This document shows, piece after piece, positions 8,805 to 19,081 of a stretch of 49,846 nt of DNA. Location of the stretch: the NCBI RefSeq assembly GCF_015487065.1, contig NZ_WFQN01000137.1, positions 1 to 49,846 on the forward strand, read 5' to 3'. The first letter of the stretch is position 1; each line of letters starts with the position of its first letter. Source of the stretch: Nitratifractor sp. GTDB taxonomy: Bacteria > Campylobacterota > Campylobacteria > Campylobacterales > Sulfurovaceae. A program made the position numbers and the translations under genes. A model generated the notes under the pieces. That model was given only the letters and a program-made list of their open reading frames with translations. It did not search any database and was not told where the DNA came from.

Positions 8805-9347
8805 TCACTTTTTTGTTTCTTTCTTTTTCTTCCGCTTCGGCGGTGGGGCTTCCACCCCTTGAATGACAAAAGAGTAGGGGGGCTTGTTCTGTGCCTGGAG
8901 GACGATGAGAAGATCTCCTTTGTTCCGATAGACATCAAAGAGCTGCATCTCTTTCATGACCTCATCGATTGCGACACGCTCATCCGGTCGGGGAGGCAGT
9001 GAAAAAGCGTTTCCCTCTATCCGGAAGAGCGTGTGATGTTCTTTTGCAACGACCCAGCAGACTCTCGGCCAATCCAGGTCATGCAGGGTATTGGCGGTTC
9101 TGTTGATACAGAGGCGGTCAAATTCCCCCTTGTGAATACTCAAATTCCCGTCACTGGCGATCAGATCACGGTAAAGCACCAAGACATTGCGGTTTTGATG
9201 TTCCGCATTTTTTAAATAGCCGTGAAGGATCTTATTGCTCTGTTGTTGGATATTCAGACTTTGGTAGAGCCCGATCAGAACAAGGGAGATGAGAACGGTA
9301 GAGATCAGCATCTCTAGCAGTGTAAAAGCCCTACGGCAGTGCATCAC
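8805..9347 (-). CDS. gspJ: T2SS minor pseudopilin, GspJ-like
   Basis: Prepilin motif RRAFTLLEMLIS; follows gspE. Confidence 0.7.
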   Translation of the reverse strand: MMHCRRAFTLLEMLISTVLISLVLIGLYQSLNIQQQSNKILHGYLKNAEHQNRNVLVLYRDLIASDGNLSIHKGEFDRLCINRTANTLHDLDWPRVCWVVAKEHHTLFRIEGNAFSLPPRPDERVAIDEVMKEMQLFDVYRNKGDLLIVLQAQNKPPYSFVIQGVEAPPPKRKKKKETKK

Positions 9348-10870
9348 CCGTCCATTAGCCCGACGCGTACCGCCTCTTCGTAGCTGGTCAATCCTTCATA
9401 GAGTAACTCGCTGAGTCGGTCGGCGATTGTCTGCATACCGTTTTTTTTCATCTGTTCCCGAATTTTATAGTCTTTGAGCCCCTGGGCAATCATCTTCTTG
9501 ACGGTATCGTCCACGATAAAAAGCTCTCCGACGGCCTGGCGGCCCTTGTAGCCGGTGAAGTCGCACTCGGGACAACCTACGGCGCGGTAATAGGTGACAG
9601 AAGGGTCAAGATGTGCCGTGGCGAGAGTTTTGGCATCCAGCTTTTCCGGTTGTTTGCAATGCGGGCATAATTTCCGGACCAACCTTTGGGCCAAGACCCC
9701 CAAGAGTGTCGAAGAGAGGAGATATCCTTCGATTCCCATATCCATCAGGCGTGTCAAGGCGGAGGTGGCATCGTTGGTGTGAAGTGTCGAGAGCATCAAG
9801 TGCCCGGTCAAAGAGGCCTGAACGGCGATGCGAGCCGTCTCCTGGTCACGAATCTCTCCCACCATTACCACATCCGGATCCTGACGAAGAATGGAACGCA
9901 ATCCCTGGGCGAAGGTCAGCCCCACCTTTTCGTTGACCTGAATCTGGTTGATATTGTCGGCGTTGTATTCAACGGGGTCTTCGATGGTGATGATGTTTTT
10001 GTCCGGTGAAGCGATATGTTGCAAAAAGGAGTGCAAAGTCGTTGATTTTCCTGAACCTGTGGGGCCGCTGACAAGAATCATTCCATGGGAATGGGCCAGG
10101 AGGTGATAGAACGCGGAAGTGATTTTGTCGGTGAATCCCAGCGATGGAAGCGAGGGGATATGTTCGCTCTGCATCAGGATTCGCATTACCACCCGTTCAC
10201 CGTGATAGGTTGGGAGGATGGAGACCCTGACATCCAGGGTCCTTCCGGAGATACTGATTTGGGTTCGTCCATCCTGCGGCAACCGTTTTTCGGAGATATC
10301 CAGATTGGAAATGACTTTGATCCGGTTGATAACGAGGGTGACAATCCTCCGGTCAAGCTCCAGATGCTTTTTGAGGACACCGTCGACACGTAGTCTCACT
10401 TCGCCCTTACGTTCATGGGATTCGATATGGATGTCGCTTGCCCCTTTTTTGATCGCCTGAAAAAAGAGAGAGTTGACCAGTTTGATAACGGGGGCCGACG
10501 CCTCATCTGAGAGGAGATCCTGCGCATTTTGAATAAATTCCAGCAGATCGGACTCGGCCTCAATCAACTCTTCGGAGGCATTTCCCATCTCTTCATAGGC
10601 GTTGCTGGTCTGAAGCTCGAGAAATTTGTTTCGCAGCCGGGTAAAACTCTCCTCGTCCAGGAGATAGACCGGATAGGAAATTCCAAGCCGGGAGAGGTAG
10701 TTCAAGCCTTCGGCACGGTAGGCAGGATGGATCACCGCGATGATCTGATCGTGATATATGGCAAAAAGAAGATGATGCTTTATGGCGGTGCGGTGATCGA
10801 TCTCCTCACTCCAATAGGGTTCCAGATCGACTTGTTCAAGTCGGGGAAGTTCCAGCGTTTCCGGCTTCAA
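9344..10870 (-). CDS. gspE: T2SS ATPase
   Basis: ASDIHIE, PQDGR, GPTGSGKSTT, LRQDPDVVMVGEIRD, tetra-Cys motif. Confidence 0.95.
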   Translation of the reverse strand: MKPETLELPRLEQVDLEPYWSEEIDHRTAIKHHLLFAIYHDQIIAVIHPAYRAEGLNYLSRLGISYPVYLLDEESFTRLRNKFLELQTSNAYEEMGNASEELIEAESDLLEFIQNAQDLLSDEASAPVIKLVNSLFFQAIKKGASDIHIESHERKGEVRLRVDGVLKKHLELDRRIVTLVINRIKVISNLDISEKRLPQDGRTQISISGRTLDVRVSILPTYHGERVVMRILMQSEHIPSLPSLGFTDKITSAFYHLLAHSHGMILVSGPTGSGKSTTLHSFLQHIASPDKNIITIEDPVEYNADNINQIQVNEKVGLTFAQGLRSILRQDPDVVMVGEIRDQETARIAVQASLTGHLMLSTLHTNDATSALTRLMDMGIEGYLLSSTLLGVLAQRLVRKLCPHCKQPEKLDAKTLATAHLDPSVTYYRAVGCPECDFTGYKGRQAVGELFIVDDTVKKMIAQGLKDYKIREQMKKNGMQTIADRLSELLYEGLTSYEEAVRVGLMDG

Positions 10871-12855
10871 GGTCGCGTCCTCAAAATATCCAGGGCATTG
10901 TTGGGTCGCTGGTGAGAGAGGGTATTGTCTTCCGAATGATCGGATACCTTGTCTGGCCGTACAGGCTCCTTGCCCCCTCCGTTTTTATCTTCGATCCGTT
11001 CTTTGATAAAACGGGAGTAACGTTCTTGAATCTCTTCCAGATTGGAGAGGAAGGTCCTCAGTTTGGTCAGATCTCGGCTATGTCGGACGATAAAAGGGGT
11101 GAGATAGATCACGAGATCAACCTTCCTTTCTGCCTTTCCTTCATCTTGGAAGAGACGACCTATGACCGGAATATCTCCCAAAATAGGAATTTTGTTATTG
11201 GCGGCACTGGCGATATTTTTGATCAGCCCGCCGATAATGACGGTTTGCCCGTTTTGGACAATGGCGTTGGTCGTCACCTTTCTTTTGTAAGTGGTGGGTG
11301 TAGGGCTGTTGTAGCCGCTGCTGTCATCCACATCTTCGATAATGGCATCGACGGTCAAGGCGACTTTGTTATTGCTTGAAAGTCTCGGTTTCACCTTCAG
11401 GGTCAGTCCGATATCTTTTCGTTCATAGTTGTTGCGGGTCAGGTCGTTCTGATTGTCTCCGCTTGCCGAACTGGTCAGAATCGATCGGGTCTCTCCGACA
11501 AAGAGCTCGGATTCCTGATTGTTGGTACAAAGAATCGAGGGTTCGCTCAGGACATGGGCGGCTCCATCCTGTTTGTAAAGATTGAGTTGAACCCCCAGGG
11601 AAAAGAGGGCTTTGACATTGCTGAAGTTAAAGGGGCTGCTGGAGTTGCCGTCCGAACTTTGCCCGCCGAAGGCGTTGAGAAGATTTTGGGAAACCTGTAC
11701 CGAAGAGCCCCCGCCGAAATTACCCCCAAGCGAAAAAAGCCCGTGCGGGGTGATAACCCCGCCCTCAAAACCGTACCGGGCACCGATCTCCTGGGCCAAT
11801 TTATTGTTGATCTCCACCACTCTGGCCCGAATATAAACCTGGGGTTTTTCTACATCGATTCGATGGACCACCTGCATGATGTTTCGATATTGTTCGCCGG
11901 TGGCCAGAACGATCAGAGCGTTTCTTTCTACATCGGAGACCACCATGGCTTTTTGGGAAGCGTTCGCTGATCCTTTTCGCCCTTTTTTTATGGAGATATT
12001 ATTCATCTGGGCAACCAGTTTCCCCAGAATCTTTTCCATATCTTCCACATTGGAGTTTTTCAGAGGTATGACATACATCCGCTGATTGACACTCTCACCT
12101 TTTCTGTCAAGCTGTTTGATGTATCGGACCATCTTCATCACATTTTTTTTCTTCCCGACGACGATGATCGAATTGCTGGGTTCATCTTTGTAGATGCCGA
12201 CCTTTTCTCCGGGGATCGTTTGGGGAAAGAGCTGTTTCGCCATATTGACGGCATTGCCATAGACATCATTGACTCCGGCATGCTTGAGTTTGATCACGAC
12301 ACTCCCCTGGTTGCCCGTATTTTCAATCGCGTTGATCAGTGTTTTGATGGAGCGGAGTGTTTTGGGGTAGGCGGTTACTGCAAGGATATTGTTCTCTTTG
12401 AATGAGACGACCTTGGCGTTTCTGTCCAGGAGAGGGCGTATCTTTGCCCGAATCACGGAAGCGTTGCTCCGTTTGAGCGGGAACAGCACGGTTCGCATCG
12501 TCTCCCCTTGGACATTTTCACTCACCGGGATTCCTCTGCCGGCGGCTTCGGCGGCGCGGACAACCTCCATGAAGTCTCCATGATCTATCAACGCATATCC
12601 TTTGCTGGAAAGGATGGAGTTCGCCAGAGAGAAGAGGGACGACTTTTTGATCGGTCGGTTGGAGATAAAGTTGATTTTGCCCTTTAGATCACTGTTGATG
12701 AGGATATTTTTATCTGTGATCTTCCCGATCATCTCTACAAACTTTTTGATCTCCATGTTTTGGATGTTGAGTCTTATTTCATCGTTTTTCGGTACTTCCG
12801 ACCATAGGGAGATAACGATCAGGGATATTGCTAGAAGTATGACTTTCAGTTTCAT
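10867..12855 (-). CDS. gspD: T2SS secretin
   Basis: Signal peptide, N-domains, KIPILGDIPVIGRLF secretin signature. Alternative GTG start at 12873. Confidence 0.95.
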   Translation of the reverse strand: MKLKVILLAISLIVISLWSEVPKNDEIRLNIQNMEIKKFVEMIGKITDKNILINSDLKGKINFISNRPIKKSSLFSLANSILSSKGYALIDHGDFMEVVRAAEAAGRGIPVSENVQGETMRTVLFPLKRSNASVIRAKIRPLLDRNAKVVSFKENNILAVTAYPKTLRSIKTLINAIENTGNQGSVVIKLKHAGVNDVYGNAVNMAKQLFPQTIPGEKVGIYKDEPSNSIIVVGKKKNVMKMVRYIKQLDRKGESVNQRMYVIPLKNSNVEDMEKILGKLVAQMNNISIKKGRKGSANASQKAMVVSDVERNALIVLATGEQYRNIMQVVHRIDVEKPQVYIRARVVEINNKLAQEIGARYGFEGGVITPHGLFSLGGNFGGGSSVQVSQNLLNAFGGQSSDGNSSSPFNFSNVKALFSLGVQLNLYKQDGAAHVLSEPSILCTNNQESELFVGETRSILTSSASGDNQNDLTRNNYERKDIGLTLKVKPRLSSNNKVALTVDAIIEDVDDSSGYNSPTPTTYKRKVTTNAIVQNGQTVIIGGLIKNIASAANNKIPILGDIPVIGRLFQDEGKAERKVDLVIYLTPFIVRHSRDLTKLRTFLSNLEEIQERYSRFIKERIEDKNGGGKEPVRPDKVSDHSEDNTLSHQRPNNALDILRTRP

Positions 12856-12935
12856 TGTTCCGTTTTGCCTCACTCTCTTATTGTCTGCCGTTATGCAGTA
12901 TCTTTCCGTTTCTGTGTTCGGGATATTCCTTCACG

Positions 12936-13550
12936 TTATACATGAAAGGCTTCCCAAAGGGGGGGCATTTCACTTGACAAAGAGGCTCCCGACCGGTCGT
13001 TGATATTTTCCATCGATGGGAAGCAGGGGACAGGGAATCTATTTCCCGAATCGAGGTGCACTCTCCGAGTGAAGAGGCGTGCATAATGTATCGTGTTGGG
13101 GAAGGAAAGGGTCTCCTTCTTCCCCTGTTTCATTTTCAAAATATAATTATGCCCATCTTTTTCGAAAATGACCTTTCCGGATTCTACCTTTTTGAGGAGA
13201 AAACCTCCTTGAATCCGGTCGCCCTCCCTCAGGACAAAAGCGTGTCCTCTGAGGCTGACAACGGCCAGATGCACTTTGCTGTCAAGGTAGGTCGCCTCCA
13301 GTGTATACCCCTTCAAAGAGGTGATTTTATGGGCTGTCAACTCTTGTTTTCGTTGATGGAGTGACGCATTGGAAGCGATAGACAAATGATAGCGGAGAGC
13401 TTTGGCCTGCGTGGAACTCTTCTTCTCAGGTGCGTATGAAGGGAGATAAAATATTTCCAGGCTTACCCAGATCAGTTTGATCAGTATGACGGTTCCGAGT
13501 ATGAGCAATAAAGAGGGTAACCACTTCGTACGTTCAGTATCTGTCTTCAA
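12936..13550 (-). CDS. gspC: GspC-like protein (TM + HR domain, no recognisable PDZ)
   Basis: N-terminal TM, LREGDRIQGGFLLKKVESGKVIF, directly upstream of gspD. Confidence 0.6.
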   Translation of the reverse strand: MKTDTERTKWLPSLLLILGTVILIKLIWVSLEIFYLPSYAPEKKSSTQAKALRYHLSIASNASLHQRKQELTAHKITSLKGYTLEATYLDSKVHLAVVSLRGHAFVLREGDRIQGGFLLKKVESGKVIFEKDGHNYILKMKQGKKETLSFPNTIHYARLFTRRVHLDSGNRFPVPCFPSMENINDRSGASLSSEMPPLWEAFHV

Positions 13551-14049
13551 AGAACCACCCCTCTTTGTCTTTTTTGAGATGGGGACCCGGAGTACTGAGA
13601 TATCTCTTCTCTCCTTTTAGGTGAAAAGAGAGCACGCGCTCTTTGAGATTCAGTACGCCCTCGATTTGGGCAGCGGCACCGGTGCCTTTGAAGAGTATCT
13701 CAAAAGGATCCCACAATGCATAATACCCCTTGACCTCTCCAAGAATCAGAGGAAGTCGGGAAGCTCCGTATGAGAGTTTGAGCTCTTTGATTCGGAAGTG
13801 TGTATAGAAAAGTAATGTCCAAAGTGTCACGTTTTCAAATGAAAATTGATTTTTGTCAGGGAAAATGATGGTTGCTTTTCCTATTTCGATTCCCAGCGGC
13901 TTTTCCGAAATCTTTTCAAGCGACACAGTAAATCCTGCCTGGGTAAGTCTGTTTTGGAGATAATAGCAGATCTCTCGTTTGGGAGCGAAAAAGATGATAG
14001 CAAGCCAGGTTGTCAACAGGACAATGAGTCCTTTTTTTACCAAAGACAT
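13534..14049 (-). CDS. T2SS-associated protein, GspN-like
   Basis: N-terminal TM ending in P followed by a beta-rich region; position in the operon. Confidence 0.55.
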   Translation of the reverse strand: MSLVKKGLIVLLTTWLAIIFFAPKREICYYLQNRLTQAGFTVSLEKISEKPLGIEIGKATIIFPDKNQFSFENVTLWTLLFYTHFRIKELKLSYGASRLPLILGEVKGYYALWDPFEILFKGTGAAAQIEGVLNLKERVLSFHLKGEKRYLSTPGPHLKKDKEGWFFEDRY

Positions 14050-14432
14050 GTGCACTCCATGCTATATCGATCCTTTTGTCGTTCGATAACCAGGGTCTTG
14101 AATTGCAAGGGAAGGGAGGCAAGTTTTGACACGAGGCGGTTAAGCTCTCTCCCCGAGAGGTTTTGAAAAGCGATGGCGGCTTTTTTGTGTTTGAAGCGGA
14201 ACGCTTTGATCTTTTCTTTCGGGAATTCATTTTTCAATCTATCGAGCTTTTTGGGAAGGCCTTTTCCTCTCCAGATCTTTTCGAGTGCCACCGTCTTTTG
14301 AATCTGAGCGAGAGCGATTTGCGTCTGTTTCTGCTTCTGTTCCAATTCACGGTGTTGAACGGTTTTAAAGAGAAAAGCTGCCAACGTAATAGCCAATGCC
14401 AATCCGAGGAGCAGGAGGTTTCGTTGACTCAT
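14037..14432 (-). CDS. T2SS GspM-like protein
   Basis: MSQRNLLLLG TM plus coiled coil; follows the GspL-like gene. Confidence 0.55.
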   Translation of the reverse strand: MSQRNLLLLGLALAITLAAFLFKTVQHRELEQKQKQTQIALAQIQKTVALEKIWRGKGLPKKLDRLKNEFPKEKIKAFRFKHKKAAIAFQNLSGRELNRLVSKLASLPLQFKTLVIERQKDRYSMECTCLW

Positions 14433-15370
14433 TTATCCCAGGCTCCATGCAGAATAATTTCATCTTTGTTACTTTTGGGAGTGAAGCCGATTCTTTGGGA
14501 AAGAGCCATTACCTCATTTTTCTTTGCTCCATGGGTCTCGATGGCAACGGTATACCCCTTTTGATCCATCTTCAGCGAGGTCAATTTTGAATCCTTGCTG
14601 GTCAAACTCCCTATCTTTTTCAAGGTCTCTCTGAGTTGGCGTTGATGTTTGTCAATATTCGCATATTTATGATAAATATTATCACGGAGGATAGGGTTCT
14701 CCAATCGAGGGTAATCTTTTCCCCACCGATGAAGCGAGTTCTCCAGGTTGCGGACCTCTTTTCGGTAGTGCAACCCCTCGACGGTCCAGATAAATCCCAA
14801 AATGAATAGAAGCGCGGTCAGCAGCATAAGCTCCTCCGTACTGATCCATTTTCCGCCGGAGGAAAAGGGGAAGGAAAATCCCTTTTCCGGTCGGGAAATA
14901 TTTTCGATTCCCGGCAAATCATCTATCGCTGATGCGACAGGAAGGAGGGAAGGGGGAAGGATAACAACGGTGCCCTCGATGAGTGTCAAAAGCTCTTCTT
15001 CACCGACTCGCAGAGGCCGTTGGAGCTGTGTGGCTATCTGTTGGGCGAAAAAAACACGGTGCACCCGCGTTGTCTCCAGGCCCAAGCTTCCAAGTGCCTT
15101 TTCTACCTCCGTGGGGTCGTAAGCTACGAATACCCAATCTTCATCTTCTTTAAAGACTTCAAATTGCCAGTCAGGTTTGGCTCCGAGCTCTTCCAGGATG
15201 GAGGGGGCCAGCCGCTTGGCCTCAAAGCCAAATCGGATCGTCAGACGTTTCTTCTGCATCAGATAAAATTGGGGGGACAGCAGAAGGTCAAAGGGCTCTC
15301 GTGCCGAGAGAGTGTGTGTCGTCCCTCGGGATAAGAAAAAGAGTTTTTTCTTCTTATCGATAAAAGTCAA
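14429..15370 (-). CDS. T2SS GspL-like protein
   Basis: Cytoplasmic domain, single central TM, coiled periplasmic part; operon position. Confidence 0.55.
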   Translation of the reverse strand: MTFIDKKKKLFFLSRGTTHTLSAREPFDLLLSPQFYLMQKKRLTIRFGFEAKRLAPSILEELGAKPDWQFEVFKEDEDWVFVAYDPTEVEKALGSLGLETTRVHRVFFAQQIATQLQRPLRVGEEELLTLIEGTVVILPPSLLPVASAIDDLPGIENISRPEKGFSFPFSSGGKWISTEELMLLTALLFILGFIWTVEGLHYRKEVRNLENSLHRWGKDYPRLENPILRDNIYHKYANIDKHQRQLRETLKKIGSLTSKDSKLTSLKMDQKGYTVAIETHGAKKNEVMALSQRIGFTPKSNKDEIILHGAWDK

Positions 15371-16229
15371 AATTTTCCACCCTTTTGTTTAAATAGTCGA
15401 AACCAAGATGATATTCCCTCTCCTGATAGCCGAAAATTACATCGCAATGCATCACAGGAGACAAACCCTTTGCAAAGAGCCAGTCATAGCGTTTGTTGGT
15501 GTCGGCATACTCATCGAGAAGGGCCTTCAGGTTCCCCTCGGAACGTTCCCTTTTCACTTCGTCGGCGTCCAGACCGTAAAAATAGGCGAGCAACTCCGGA
15601 GTAAGAGAGTCTCTTTCCAATTTCATTACATCCCCGATCGGCGTGAAGTTGAAGTAATTTCTCCATCGAATATCTTCCACCTTCGGATCATCCGCCTCGA
15701 ATCTGTACCGATCAAGTAGCTCTTCAAACCTTCGGAAGCTCAGTGCGTCTCCCCGCTCTTTCAGCCACTTCCCTTCTCCCCGAACTTCATCTGTAAGCAA
15801 ACTTTCCAGTATCATATCAAAAAGTCGGTTTGGTTCTTTGAGTTCTGATGAATCGATGAGGTTTTCCAAGATCTCTTTGGCCAGACGGTAAAAGGGCGGA
15901 TGGGTTTTTTTGACCTTGGAACCCAGCCATTCTATGGGGATGGTGCTGAGTAGAGGTCGGCAGTATAATTGAGCCGAATAGCCGGCCTCCTGTGAATTGA
16001 TAGTCAGAGGGATGGTGTAGAACGTGGAGAGGTTTTTACTGTTTAGATACTTGCTCAGCAGCATTTTGAGATCATTTTTCAGGAGAGATGCCTGCAATAG
16101 TGCACTTTGATCCGCCGCTTTTTGGCGTGTATGTTCGATGTAGCCGTAAAGCAGGGCAATCAGTGACCCCATCGCCGCGATGACCGATAGGGTGATCAAC
16201 AATGTCACCCCCCGTCTCATTCTCAACAT
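15354..16229 (-). CDS. gspK: T2SS GspK-like pseudopilin
   Basis: MRRG|VTLLITL class III signal lacking E5, about 290 aa; exact start uncertain. Confidence 0.65.
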   Translation of the reverse strand: MLRMRRGVTLLITLSVIAAMGSLIALLYGYIEHTRQKAADQSALLQASLLKNDLKMLLSKYLNSKNLSTFYTIPLTINSQEAGYSAQLYCRPLLSTIPIEWLGSKVKKTHPPFYRLAKEILENLIDSSELKEPNRLFDMILESLLTDEVRGEGKWLKERGDALSFRRFEELLDRYRFEADDPKVEDIRWRNYFNFTPIGDVMKLERDSLTPELLAYFYGLDADEVKRERSEGNLKALLDEYADTNKRYDWLFAKGLSPVMHCDVIFGYQEREYHLGFDYLNKRVENFDFYR

Positions 16230-16260
16230 CCTCAAAGTGCAATTCCCATAAAATCTCTAA

Positions 16261-16269
16261 TGGTATAAT
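16261..16269 (+). promoter_or_regulatory. Extended -10 promoter of gspGHI
   Basis: TGGTATAAT 35 nt upstream of gspG. Confidence 0.65.
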
Positions 16270-16304
16270 ATTATAGACAGTTTTACCTCAAAGGTTGGAT
16301 AAGT

Positions 16305-16718
16305 ATGAAAAAAGCATTTAGTCTATTGGAACTTTTGGTCGTCATATTGATTCTGGGGATTTTGGCAGCTTTTGTCGCTCCCAACCTTATCGGAGCCGGG
16401 GAAAAGGCCAAAAGGGATTTGGTCTGCACCCAAATGAGCAGCGTCGCCCAGGCCCTGAAGATGTTTAAGTTGGATAACGGAAGCTATCCCGATACGGAGG
16501 AGGGGCTTCAGGCACTTTTGAAGAATCCCGACCCCGATAAATATCCCAACTACTCCACGCAGCCTTATCTCGAAAAACTTCCCAAGGACTCCTGGCGCAA
16601 TCCGTTTACCTATATCAAAAAAGATAATACTTTCGATCTTATCAGTTTCGGAGCAGACAGGAAAGAGGGGGGCGAAGGGGAAGCGGCCGATATCTATTAC
16701 AGCAAATGTCAAAAATAA
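16305..16718 (+). CDS. gspG: T2SS major pseudopilin
   Basis: KAFSLLELLVV, FKLDNGSYPDTEEGLQAL, LPKDSWRNPF, SFGAD. Confidence 0.95.
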   Translation: MKKAFSLLELLVVILILGILAAFVAPNLIGAGEKAKRDLVCTQMSSVAQALKMFKLDNGSYPDTEEGLQALLKNPDPDKYPNYSTQPYLEKLPKDSWRNPFTYIKKDNTFDLISFGADRKEGGEGEAADIYYSKCQK

Positions 16719-17260
16719 GGGGCATTCTATCCCGAGAAGGCGTTCGTAGAGCCTTTACGCTGTTGGAACTCCTGATCGTTATTCTTCTCCTCTCCATTTT
16801 TACGCTGTTGATTACTTTGTCCCTTTCCAAATCCGGTAAGCGTGGAGAAAAGGGAGAACAGATAACCCCTGCGAGGCTCAAAAAAATTGCGCCGGGCTCT
16901 TTTTACCCCTGGGCAGAGTTGGTCTGCATCGATGAATGCCGGCAATGTTTTTTCCATACTCCGCAGGGGACCATGAATGCCGCACCTTATACTTTGCCGC
17001 CGCTGAAAGCTTATTCGCTCAATGGCTACCTGGAACCTGTCCGGCTTGAGTTCGGCCGCTATCAGGATCAGCCCGTCTGCCTGCGTTTCCGATACTTTCC
17101 CAATGGAAGCAACGATCAGATGATCCTGCAAAAAGGGGAGATGTTTTATTTCGTTCCCTCTTTCTTTGGTAAAGTCGAAAACTTCAACAGCCTGGAGGAG
17201 GCACGCGACTACTGGTTGCGAAACCGGGATCGCCTCCGGGACATAGGGGATATTTTTTGA
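16706..17260 (+). CDS. gspH: T2SS minor pseudopilin, GspH-like
   Basis: RRAFTLLELLIV; follows gspG. Confidence 0.65.
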   Translation: MSKIRGILSREGVRRAFTLLELLIVILLLSIFTLLITLSLSKSGKRGEKGEQITPARLKKIAPGSFYPWAELVCIDECRQCFFHTPQGTMNAAPYTLPPLKAYSLNGYLEPVRLEFGRYQDQPVCLRFRYFPNGSNDQMILQKGEMFYFVPSFFGKVENFNSLEEARDYWLRNRDRLRDIGDIF

Positions 17261-17652
17261 AGATACGCCAGCGAAAAGCCTTTACTCTCATCGAAATCCT
17301 TATTTCTGTCATGTTGATCTCTCTTGTAATCCTCGGCCTGCTAAAGATTAGAGAACAAAATATAACGATGGCTCAATATATCGCTTCCCGCATGCGGACA
17401 GAGTTGAGCAATTCACTCTTTTTGACGCAGGATGCGTTGCGTTACTCGGGAGAAGATAAAGATGCCTATGAACTTTTGCAACAGCACTTCGGTATCCAAA
17501 AATCGCAAACCCGTGAAATTTTGAAATCGCAGCATAGGAGAATTATCGTCAGTTCTCCTCTCATCCTCTCGCAACTTCCGGTCCCTCTACGACTCATCAC
17601 CATTACGCTTCGGGGAGCGTTCTCTTCCAAATATTTTAGAGTTTTCTTTTGA
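17257..17652 (+). CDS. gspI: T2SS minor pseudopilin, GspI-like
   Basis: RKAFTLIEILIS, 131 aa. Confidence 0.65.
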   Translation: MKIRQRKAFTLIEILISVMLISLVILGLLKIREQNITMAQYIASRMRTELSNSLFLTQDALRYSGEDKDAYELLQQHFGIQKSQTREILKSQHRRIIVSSPLILSQLPVPLRLITITLRGAFSSKYFRVFF

Positions 17653-17744
17653 ACCCTCTTATTCTGAAAAAAGAGGTGATGTTTTGAATGGGGGAGTATC
17701 GATCTTCGATATAATCTTATGAAACTCATAGGGAGAAAGAAGGT

Positions 17745-18509
17745 ATGGAAACCTTTGCAAAACGTATAATTCCCTGCCTCGATGTCAATGCCGGCCGGGT
17801 CGTGAAGGGGGTGAACTTCGTCAACCTTCGGGATGCGGGAGATCCTGTCGAGGTGGCTCGACGCTACAACGAAGAGGGGGCGGATGAGCTCACCTTTCTC
17901 GATATCACGGCAACCCACGAGGAGCGGGGAACGATGGTTGAGGTGGTCCGGCAGGTAGCCAAAGAGGTCTTTATTCCCCTGACCGTCGGCGGGGGGATCC
18001 GGGAACTGGAGGATATCTACCGGCTGCTGGATGCAGGGTGTGACAAGGTCAGCGTCAACTCCGCCGCCATCAAGCGCCCCGCTTTCATCGAAGAGGGGGC
18101 CAAACGTTTCGGTTCCCAGTGCATTGTCGTGGCTATCGACGCCAAACGGGTAGGAGAGGGCCGTTGGCACATCTTTACCCACGGTGGGCGGCAGGATACG
18201 GGTATCGATGCCGTCGAGTGGGCCCGGGAAGCTTACAACCGGGGAGCGGGAGAGCTGCTGGTGACCTCCATGGATGCCGACGGGACCAAAGCGGGTTTCG
18301 ACAACGAGCTCAACCGCCGTATCGGCGAAGTGGCACCCCTTCCCATCATCGCCAGCGGCGGTGCCGGGACGATGCGGCATATCGAGGAGGCATTTACTAT
18401 CGGCAAAGCCGATGCCGCATTGGCCGCGAGTATCTTCCATTTCCGGGAGATCGATATCATGGACCTGAAGCGCTATCTCAAATCCCGTAATATTCCGGTG
18501 AGGCTGTAG
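17745..18509 (+). CDS. hisF: Imidazole glycerol phosphate synthase cyclase subunit
   Basis: [34 protein letters not shown]. Confidence 0.98.
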   Translation: METFAKRIIPCLDVNAGRVVKGVNFVNLRDAGDPVEVARRYNEEGADELTFLDITATHEERGTMVEVVRQVAKEVFIPLTVGGGIRELEDIYRLLDAGCDKVSVNSAAIKRPAFIEEGAKRFGSQCIVVAIDAKRVGEGRWHIFTHGGRQDTGIDAVEWAREAYNRGAGELLVTSMDADGTKAGFDNELNRRIGEVAPLPIIASGGAGTMRHIEEAFTIGKADAALAASIFHFREIDIMDLKRYLKSRNIPVRL

Positions 18510-19045
18510 TGATGTTTCTCTGTGCCGGAAACAGTGAACAGTTTGAATTTGCGCTGCCGATCGGAGTAGGGATGGTAGAGGCGGCGATCAATCTGACCCG
18601 TCTGGCGACGATGGAGGCTCCCGAGTTTCTCCTCTTTGTTGGGACGGCGGGAAGTTATGGAAATCATGGAATCTTCGATATTGTCGAATCCAAAACGGCC
18701 GCCAATGTGGAGCAGGGACTACTGCTGGGCAGTGCCTATACCCCCATCAACAATGTGGTTTCTGCCGCCGAGGATGTTTCACGTGAAACAATCGTCAACT
18801 CGTCCAACTACATCACGACCGATCCGGAAATGGCCAAACGTTTCCTTTCCCGTCGCCTGGAGCTGGAGAATATGGAATTCTTTTCGGTCTTGGCGGTGGC
18901 CAAGACTTTCGGCATCCCGGCCGGAGGTGTTTTCTGTGTCACCAACTACTGTGACGAAAAGGCTCACGAGGATTTTCTGAAGAATCAGACAGAGGCGATG
19001 ACCCGACTCGAAGAGTATCTCAAAGAGAAAGGTCTTTTGAAGTGA
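18509..19045 (+). CDS. Purine nucleoside phosphorylase/nucleosidase-like protein
   Basis: FVGTAGSYG, ENMEFFSV, VTNYC; PNP_UDP-like fold. Confidence 0.8.
   Translation: MMFLCAGNSEQFEFALPIGVGMVEAAINLTRLATMEAPEFLLFVGTAGSYGNHGIFDIVESKTAANVEQGLLLGSAYTPINNVVSAAEDVSRETIVNSSNYITTDPEMAKRFLSRRLELENMEFFSVLAVAKTFGIPAGGVFCVTNYCDEKAHEDFLKNQTEAMTRLEEYLKEKGLLK
18775..18790. promoter_or_regulatory. parS: parS centromere site
   Basis: Perfect consensus TGTTTCACGTGAAACA, inside a CDS. Confidence 0.9.
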
Positions 19046-19081
19046 GCCCGACGGTTCAAAAAAAGAAATAGGCAAAAGGCA

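Noticed and set aside
8750-8938. 62-aa minus-strand ORF
   Set aside because: Mostly overlaps gspJ in another frame and covers the likely rsmA promoter.
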